Below, one piece after another: positions 30,401 through 35,968 of a DNA stretch of 64,000 bases (its first letter is position 1; the number at the start of each line of letters is the position of its first letter). The notes beneath the pieces are model-generated. The model saw only the letters and a list, made by a program, of their open reading frames with translations, did no database searches and was not told the origin of the DNA. Made by a program: the position numbers and the translations under genes. Where the stretch lies: assembly GCA_963674865.2 (NCBI GenBank), contig CAXXYE010000009.1, forward strand, positions 1,088,001 through 1,152,000. The letters run 5' to 3'. Source of the DNA: Candidatus Hydrogenedentota bacterium. Lineage in GTDB: Bacteria > Hydrogenedentota > Hydrogenedentia > Hydrogenedentales > SLHB01.

Positions 30401-30461
30401 TTATGTTGAGCCGAAAGACGCCACGGACGACCAGCCGATCAAAGCAGTTGGCCTGGAGTAG
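27420..30461 (+). CDS. Secreted protein with right-handed beta-helix domain followed by probable Ig-like domains
   Basis: Signal peptide. Beta-helix rungs (RCYIRDN, NCSIVDN, FCTILDN, NCILAGN) capped by DFEGEPRP...DIGADE. DAAGN and DEAGN strand ends typical of Ig-like folds. Confidence 0.75.
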   Translation: MNQRMCIAAVLTLMLTWAALPAFPQSEVVLTQEPGNFAGYDTVESMADVRALLTDGVNLRIIVDAGPEEGGLWSDGYLSIPSNSDVTVEANVLLAPYEVGFDAGDVNTNVIEVATGATASIEGLALTGGRAGISAGGTASTVDVERCYIRDNADVGIQVADTSTAHIANCSIVDNGADGITVASSASLGAEILFCTILDNLGDGVDVLAGAKASMWNCILAGNGGWGANATADDIDPFDLCDFSNNTGGEHPGSLSPSTKKTFDPVWATAPVWKGQLDTGNTDNQTNLRNQGTLVPEDDVPVLDFEGEPRPMGGSCDIGADEFTEGGSPNDWFYCEIQPSPIGGDYLEAGLLRITLGINLSDLEFHAYDGSYGSGEDRVLLVPQHVREMIDEGEVDLYAADIGDYAIPINMTDGSGALWLGTNANRIETRNAYGTVNDGVAWIYIIENGTSSLAAQGQAVSGRKVIIDTVGPQIDFSETTPIQGYGADWFVTGSNDVTAATDYGVSGQHDFPELPSDYLPKTAAVPYGTDGRIKEGVVGEPGACAFFNVGSESNGYAATPLQSLQIRVRFYDAPPPSTEEEDTDDIVPSGFDSDFDGYDKSGDVETYVTGDGSIDLPATWIITEGADYIESTDDVSVTYELSDGDESLEANWTFTEFPAERAANNDFHIAVKFRARDAAGNITEKEELLDPLHLWWLISADTQLSPHWDSKVERPYFSWSLRRNDVPAGAGEDCQPRFTYRLWEGQADDKDGLYTPIDATGWSGWGTATTLSYTSLVNELESYGDFEDYTNKWLFIAVVGADEAGNVEPWPSSLNGSFTFSSYAAYLQNRRNWQRFYITSVSGLDTGISATFWHNNRPYDDDADDRGEASFGNASVLPYPADSNLQHLDGRIEIQPKISQDLLDQYGSDEITVYWQLYEGNVLDPRTPPANDQPLSLTSPTALTVFLRDLGDPDEPVSYVLSAWARLELGGGTYILDETPANLHFTVVPNSVSDYVEPKDATDDQPIKAVGLE

Positions 30462-30575
30462 CGGGCCTGACAGGTCTCTGGCAGGCTTGAAAGACCGCCA
30501 TGTCCCTGCTTACCATGGCTGGGATAGGTAGTTGCCATTTCGCTACTTGGGGGACGGCGGCTGATGCACAGCACA

Positions 30576-31976
30576 ATGGCCAGGCTTCTGACGGCGACTG
30601 GACGGCGGAGCGCGCTGCCGGCACTCCTGTTGTGCGCCCTCCTGGCGGCCGGGTGCGGGGAGGAAGCATCGCTCCCCACCGGCGAGCTGCTTATTGAGAC
30701 CGAACCGGTGACAGGTGCGAAGGTTGTCATCAACGGCGTCGAGTACGGTGAGACCCCCACCACCTTGGCCGGCCTTCCCGCGGGCCCTATCCTCGTCTAT
30801 TTCCTTCTTGAAGGTTACCATGGCAAGTCTGTCATCCTGGACATGCCCTCCGAGGGTCAGGAGAGCTGCCTCGTAACGCTTGATCCTCTTGTGGGATACC
30901 TTAGTCTGGACTCGACGCCGGAAGGGGCTGCGGTGTTCGTCAATGGCAAGGCGGTTGGCGTAACGCCGCTCAAACAGGAGCCGGTGCCGGTGGGGCAGGT
31001 GACGTATGAGCTTCGCCTGGCCAATCACGATTCCCTCAGCCGTGAGGTCACGGTAAAAGCTGATTACCGGTATCGCTACGCCCACGAACTCAAGCCTAAG
31101 AGTGGGCAATTGGTTATCTTCTCGCGCCCAAGCGGGGCGAAAATCTGGCTGAACAACGATTTCCAGGCCAAGACCACGCCGGCCACGTTTGACCTTGTCC
31201 CTGGCGTGTATACCGTGACGCTCTATCGGGATGGCTACATCACGGCGGAATCCACCATCGAGATTTCTCCGAATGCTCGCGAAACCATCGACGCCAAACT
31301 GAAGGAAGGAGATGTGCCCTTTGGCATGATCCTTGTCCCCGGAGGCGAGTTCATCTGCGGGGTGAACAACGCGGCCTCTGACGAGCGGCCGCAGCGGAAG
31401 ATCCGTCTTCCCGCCTTCTATGTCGACAAGTATGAAGTTACCAATGCGGAGTTCAAGGCGATCTTCCCTTCTCATGAGTTCGACGCTGTCCGCGCACATT
31501 TTCCCGTGGCCGGCATCTCCTTCAAACAGGCCGAGGCTTACGCCGAGGCCGTAGGCAAGCGGCTGCCAACGGAACTCGAGTGGGAAAAGGCCGCCCGTGG
31601 TGTTGACGGCCGCGATTACCCGTGGGGCAACGACTTCTACAAAGAACGCTGCAACGGGAAGACCATGGTTGGGGGCGGGGTCAAGGAGGTCGGGCAGTAT
31701 CCGTTGGGGGCCTCTCCCTATGGTTGTCTTGACATGGCCGGCAACGTGTACGAATGGACATCGAGCTGGTACGAGGCCTATCCGGGCAACAAAGCCATCA
31801 CCCAAGAGTACGGGCAGATCTTCAAGGTGCTCCGGGGCGGATCCTATTTCTCCAACCGTTTTGACTTGCGCTGCGCACGAAGGCATTATGATAGAATGGA
31901 TGCGGTTCGGGCCGACTATGGTTTCCGTTGTGTGAGGGACGTTGAACCTGGGTCGGATGCTGTCCGAGCGGAATAG
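30576..31976 (+). CDS. Lipoprotein with PEGA repeats and C-terminal FGE-sulfatase (SUMF1/GldK-like) domain
   Basis: Lipobox LAAGC. Three PEGA-like repeats (TEPVTGAKV, STPEGAAV, SRPSGAKI). YEVTNAEF, RLPTELEWEKAARG, DMAGNVYEW, RGGSY, GFRC. Alternative start at 30564. Confidence 0.9.
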   Translation: MARLLTATGRRSALPALLLCALLAAGCGEEASLPTGELLIETEPVTGAKVVINGVEYGETPTTLAGLPAGPILVYFLLEGYHGKSVILDMPSEGQESCLVTLDPLVGYLSLDSTPEGAAVFVNGKAVGVTPLKQEPVPVGQVTYELRLANHDSLSREVTVKADYRYRYAHELKPKSGQLVIFSRPSGAKIWLNNDFQAKTTPATFDLVPGVYTVTLYRDGYITAESTIEISPNARETIDAKLKEGDVPFGMILVPGGEFICGVNNAASDERPQRKIRLPAFYVDKYEVTNAEFKAIFPSHEFDAVRAHFPVAGISFKQAEAYAEAVGKRLPTELEWEKAARGVDGRDYPWGNDFYKERCNGKTMVGGGVKEVGQYPLGASPYGCLDMAGNVYEWTSSWYEAYPGNKAITQEYGQIFKVLRGGSYFSNRFDLRCARRHYDRMDAVRADYGFRCVRDVEPGSDAVRAE

Positions 31977-32112
31977 ACGCCGAGGGAGGGGGCACTCCAT
32001 GGCCGCAAAGCGCGCAAGCGTCCGGCACGGGCAGACCTCTCGACAGAAGGCTGGTGAGGGTGCCGCCATCTTGGGTGATAATCGGGAAACAGTTGTCAAA
32101 CAAGCTTTTATC

Positions 32113-32141
32113 TTGACAAGAGTTTTTTCGTCCACTAGAAT
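32113..32141 (+). promoter_or_regulatory. Near-consensus sigma70 promoter for the pilMNOP-like genes
   Basis: TTGACA-N17-TAGAAT about 150 bp upstream of the ATG at 32290. Confidence 0.7.
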
Positions 32142-32289
32142 TAACTCCAACGGTTTAGGCATTTCGAACCGTTTGCGTGAGTCTTAGAATTCACGTTGTC
32201 CGATATTGATGGGCAGGCGTCTTGTGTGTGAGGCGTATTCTCACTACGGCGCTGCTGTGGGGCGATGTCCGAACATAGGTAGGTGAGGG

Positions 32290-34341
32290 ATGGCGAGACT
32301 CCGGCGAGGTCGCACGCGGCGTTTGGTCCTGGATGTCGGCTCTAGTGCCGTACGGCTCTGTGAGCTGACTCAGACCAAGTCCGGATACCAACTGAACAAA
32401 TACTACCAGCGTGAATTCAATATCGACCCGGCTATGGATGAGGAGGCCAAGCAGGCGACTCGGGTTGAAACGCTGAAGACGTTGCTTCGGGAAGCCAAAG
32501 TCCGTAGCAAGAAGGTCGTCTTTGCCGTGCCCGGACAGTCGGTTTTCACCCGCAACCGGCCCTTACCTCCCGTACCTGAGCACAAAGTCACACAGATTGT
32601 CCGGTATGAGATTCAGCAGCAGATCCCCTTCGGCCTCGATCAGATTGCTCTCGACTATCAGGTTCTTGATCGAACGGAAGTTGGGGGCTATGACGTGCTT
32701 ATGGCGGCCATCAAGGTCGATGTGGTGGAGAAGCACCTTGGCCTCATCCGTGAGATGCGCCGCACCATTGATATCGTCGACGTCAGCCCGTTTGCAGCTT
32801 ACAACTGGCTCAAACACACGGGCGAGTTCGGGGAGCAAGGGGAGTGTGTGGCCCTTCTTGATCTTGGCGCCACCACGACGGATATTGTCATTGAGCGTGA
32901 GAATCAATTCCGGTTCACGCGTCCGCTGAATATCGGGGGCAACGACATCACTGCGGCTATCGGGAGCGCTTTTGGTATGAGCTTTCCCGAAGCGGAGAAA
33001 CTCAAGCGTGAGCGTGCTTTCGCGCCCACAGGCGACGCGAAGCGGGACAGCAAAGGGGCCGAGGTTGTCGGGCAGGTGCTTAACCGCCTTGTTACGGAGA
33101 TTGCCCGGTCATTTGCGTATTTTCGTTCGCAGCCGGGGGGCGGCGCGGTTTCACGCGTTGTTGTGACGGGTGGCGGCTCCTGTCTGCGAAACATCGTGCC
33201 CTTCCTTCAGCGCCAGTTGGGGATCGAGGTCCGTATTGCGCAGCCCTTGGCAGGGCTCGCGATCGCCCCGGCCGCCCAGGACGTTAACGAGCATCCCGAG
33301 CAGGCCGGCGTTGCTCTTGGCTTGGCACTCCGGTGCGCTCAGACGGTGCCGGTGGAGATAAACCTGATCCCGCCGCGCGTGCTCGGCGCGGTTCGCCGGC
33401 GCGAGCAAGTCTTCTACTGGGTCTTGTCCATGGTCACACTCGCGCTGATCATGGCCTCGATCATCCCAATGAACCATAGCCGGCACAAGGTTATCCAGCA
33501 ACAGATCACGCAGCTCAACCGAGTGATGCAGAGCTACAATTCCACGCTCAGTTCCTCCTCGCTTGAGGGTGACTGGGAGCGTGCGCTTGATGATGAAAAG
33601 CGCAGGATTTCCATCTATGAGAGCCATGTCAAGGACTTCGATACGGCGCGAAAGGGCCGCGAATTCTGGCTTGATTATCTGAAGGTCATTAACGATCAGC
33701 GGCCCGAGGGCGCGGGCGTCTGGCTGAGTTCCCTTCAGACGGCCATCGTTCGGCCTCGAGGACAGGGCGGGCGAGTCAGTCGGCTGCGCCGCCCGGCCGG
33801 TGATTCGCGTTCGGTCGATGTTATGGGTTTTCCAGGGGTCGCCCCTCCGGGCGGCCAGCGGCAGAACGTTCCCGGTCGAGTCATTGATGTGTCAGGTGGC
33901 AATGCGGGGGCCGTAGTCATTAAGCCCAACGGATTTTCGCTTATAGGATACGCTGATGACCCGGACACGGTAAGGCTCTTCGTTGAGCGTCTTAAGGCGA
34001 GTGATGCCTTTCCCAAAGGCGTTTATCTCGATGATGCGTACGTGAAGAAGGTGCCGCGTTCGGTTCTGGACAACGCCTCTGTTTCCGCCGCCGCCGTTGG
34101 CTCGTCCCGTCCCTCGCGAGGGGGGGGCGACATAGACGAAGAGGAGGATATGGAAGGGGGCGGCGGCCGGTCGAGCGGTGGGAGGTCGCCTTTCCGAGGG
34201 CGCGGGGGCGGTCTTTCGGCCTACGGGCCGCAGGTCACCGCGTTTCGCGTCGACCTCCAATTCGCAGCGCCTCCGGCGATGCCTGAGAGGGCTGCCGGCG
34301 CAAGTATGTTCGAAGACGAAGAGGAAGAGGAGGACTTTTGA
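32290..34341 (+). CDS. pilM: PilM-PilN fusion protein
   Basis: LVLDVGSSAVR, LLDLGATTT, IGGNDIT, VTGGGS (actin-like PilM), continuing in frame into EINLIP (PilN motif), a TM segment, a coiled coil and VWLSSL...GYA (PilN periplasmic domain). Confidence 0.88.
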   Translation: MARLRRGRTRRLVLDVGSSAVRLCELTQTKSGYQLNKYYQREFNIDPAMDEEAKQATRVETLKTLLREAKVRSKKVVFAVPGQSVFTRNRPLPPVPEHKVTQIVRYEIQQQIPFGLDQIALDYQVLDRTEVGGYDVLMAAIKVDVVEKHLGLIREMRRTIDIVDVSPFAAYNWLKHTGEFGEQGECVALLDLGATTTDIVIERENQFRFTRPLNIGGNDITAAIGSAFGMSFPEAEKLKRERAFAPTGDAKRDSKGAEVVGQVLNRLVTEIARSFAYFRSQPGGGAVSRVVVTGGGSCLRNIVPFLQRQLGIEVRIAQPLAGLAIAPAAQDVNEHPEQAGVALGLALRCAQTVPVEINLIPPRVLGAVRRREQVFYWVLSMVTLALIMASIIPMNHSRHKVIQQQITQLNRVMQSYNSTLSSSSLEGDWERALDDEKRRISIYESHVKDFDTARKGREFWLDYLKVINDQRPEGAGVWLSSLQTAIVRPRGQGGRVSRLRRPAGDSRSVDVMGFPGVAPPGGQRQNVPGRVIDVSGGNAGAVVIKPNGFSLIGYADDPDTVRLFVERLKASDAFPKGVYLDDAYVKKVPRSVLDNASVSAAAVGSSRPSRGGGDIDEEEDMEGGGGRSSGGRSPFRGRGGGLSAYGPQVTAFRVDLQFAAPPAMPERAAGASMFEDEEEEEDF

Positions 34342-35321
34342 CCAAAGAGCACATCATAGCGGTCCTCGCCTTTCTTATTGTCCTTGCCGGTTTTGGCGCG
34401 GTATGGGAATTCTACTTCCGCGGGCAAGTTGAGGCCTTCAACGATGATCTGGACCATCTGGATGATCTGGATGCTCAACTCACGAAGCTCGAGGAGACGT
34501 TTTCGGGCGTGAAGCCGCAGGTTGTTGTTCAGGCTTGGCGCGGTGAAGTCGAGCCGTGGGCGGAGGCCCAACGAGTACGTCAGTCTTTCTTCACTATGGG
34601 CGAGGCTTTTGAGTACAAGCCCGTTCCTGAGGGTGAGTTCCCGAAATTCCACTACGAGAAGCAATTCAATGAGATGTTCACCGCGCTTCAGCGCGAAGCC
34701 TACTCGATGACGCCGCCGCGGCGCATTCCGAACACAACCTTCGGTACGCCGCTGCCTCAGGAAGCCATGCAGCGCAATCTGGCCAAGGCAGACGTTGAGG
34801 CAAACCTTAAGCGCATCAGCTTTGGATGCTCGATCGTCCGGATGATGCTTGACGCCGATGTCTACACGCTCGATGATGTCCAGATCTGGCCGACGCGCGT
34901 GGCGCATGGCGAGCTTCTTGATATGCTGACGGTCGGCCTTCGCTTCACTACTACCGCTCAGAACCTTGTGCGTTTTCTCGATTCTCTCAGGACTTCGGAC
35001 AGGTATTTCTCCGTAGATGGGATCAGTGTTCAGAACCGGCGGTTAACGTCCCCTTGGGACCCTTTGTTGGACGTCCAGCTTCTCTTGACGCAGGCGCGTA
35101 TTCATGTTGTGCGCGTCAAGAATGAGGACGGCGAGGAGGTCGACGTCCCTTCAGAGCTTTCGGAAGATGTCCTTGCCCCGCCGCCGCCGCGCAGTGCCAC
35201 TGGAATAACCGACGAGTTTTTCGAGGGCCAGACGACTCCAGATTTCCGCAGGAAGTGGAAGCGGCCGTCGACGTCTGTGCGGGTCATTCGGTGGATTCGA
35301 CTCAAATTGTGGCCATTCTAA
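34338..35321 (+). CDS. PilO-like membrane-anchored protein
   Basis: N-terminal TM, coiled coil, LVRFLDSL...FSVDGISV ferredoxin-like pattern, overlapping the pilMN stop. Confidence 0.65.
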   Translation: MTKEHIIAVLAFLIVLAGFGAVWEFYFRGQVEAFNDDLDHLDDLDAQLTKLEETFSGVKPQVVVQAWRGEVEPWAEAQRVRQSFFTMGEAFEYKPVPEGEFPKFHYEKQFNEMFTALQREAYSMTPPRRIPNTTFGTPLPQEAMQRNLAKADVEANLKRISFGCSIVRMMLDADVYTLDDVQIWPTRVAHGELLDMLTVGLRFTTTAQNLVRFLDSLRTSDRYFSVDGISVQNRRLTSPWDPLLDVQLLLTQARIHVVRVKNEDGEEVDVPSELSEDVLAPPPPRSATGITDEFFEGQTTPDFRRKWKRPSTSVRVIRWIRLKLWPF

Positions 35322-35371
35322 GGCTTGAAAGCGATGAGCAGCAGCAAATACAGGCTGGATAGAGCACATTC

Positions 35372-35899
35372 GTGAACAAGATCCGAAAGCTTGCGAGATG
35401 GGCGTGGGCCAACAAGGAGCGTATGGTTCTTGTGATCATGGTGGGCATTCTTTGCTACCGGGTCTACCAGATCCTGGATCCACCGCCGCCGCCGCCGCCG
35501 CCGAATCACAGTTTTCCAAGCGATGTGGTTCCGGAGGACCGGAGTCTCTGGGACGCGCCGCCTGAATGTCCCGCACCACCAGCGGGGCCGCAACTTGTGG
35601 ACTACACCTCCCTGTATCGACGCAATCCCTTTTGGGTTTACGCAGCCGACAGCCGGGCGCGGAAAGATGATGAGGCAGGCGACGCCACCGACGACATAGG
35701 TATCAGTCTGCTGCGTATACGGAAGATGCCGGACGGTACTTCCCGCGCCGAGATTCAGACAAAGGGTCGTAACCGCGGGTGGTATCGCGAAGGTGAGGAA
35801 TTCGAGAGTTTTCAACTTCTCAGTATTGACGCCACGGCACAAACCTGCGAGGTCTACGCTGAAGAACTGGGCAAACGGATCATACTCCAAGCGCCTTAG
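35372..35899 (+). CDS. PilP/GspC-like protein (TM-anchored, Pro-rich linker)
   Basis: TM segment, poly-Pro tract, RRNPF motif, beta-domain ending WYREGEEF...LLSID. Lies between the pilO-like gene and the secretin. Confidence 0.6.
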   Translation: MNKIRKLARWAWANKERMVLVIMVGILCYRVYQILDPPPPPPPPNHSFPSDVVPEDRSLWDAPPECPAPPAGPQLVDYTSLYRRNPFWVYAADSRARKDDEAGDATDDIGISLLRIRKMPDGTSRAEIQTKGRNRGWYREGEEFESFQLLSIDATAQTCEVYAEELGKRIILQAP

Positions 35900-35909
35900 A
35901 AGACGTGGG

Positions 35910-35938
35910 TTGCGTCCCGGCGCGAAACCAGGTATAGT
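35910..35938 (+). promoter_or_regulatory. Putative internal sigma70 promoter for the secretin gene
   Basis: TTGCGT-N17-TATAGT, followed by a GGAGG RBS and the ATG at 35969. Confidence 0.55.
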
Positions 35939-35968
35939 GAGCAAGAAGAGCGGGAGGAATACGCCGTA

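Noticed and set aside
31300..31976. FGE/C-type-lectin fold as a diversity-generating retroelement target
   Set aside because: No reverse transcriptase and no second near-identical copy (template repeat) of the 3' end is visible in the window.
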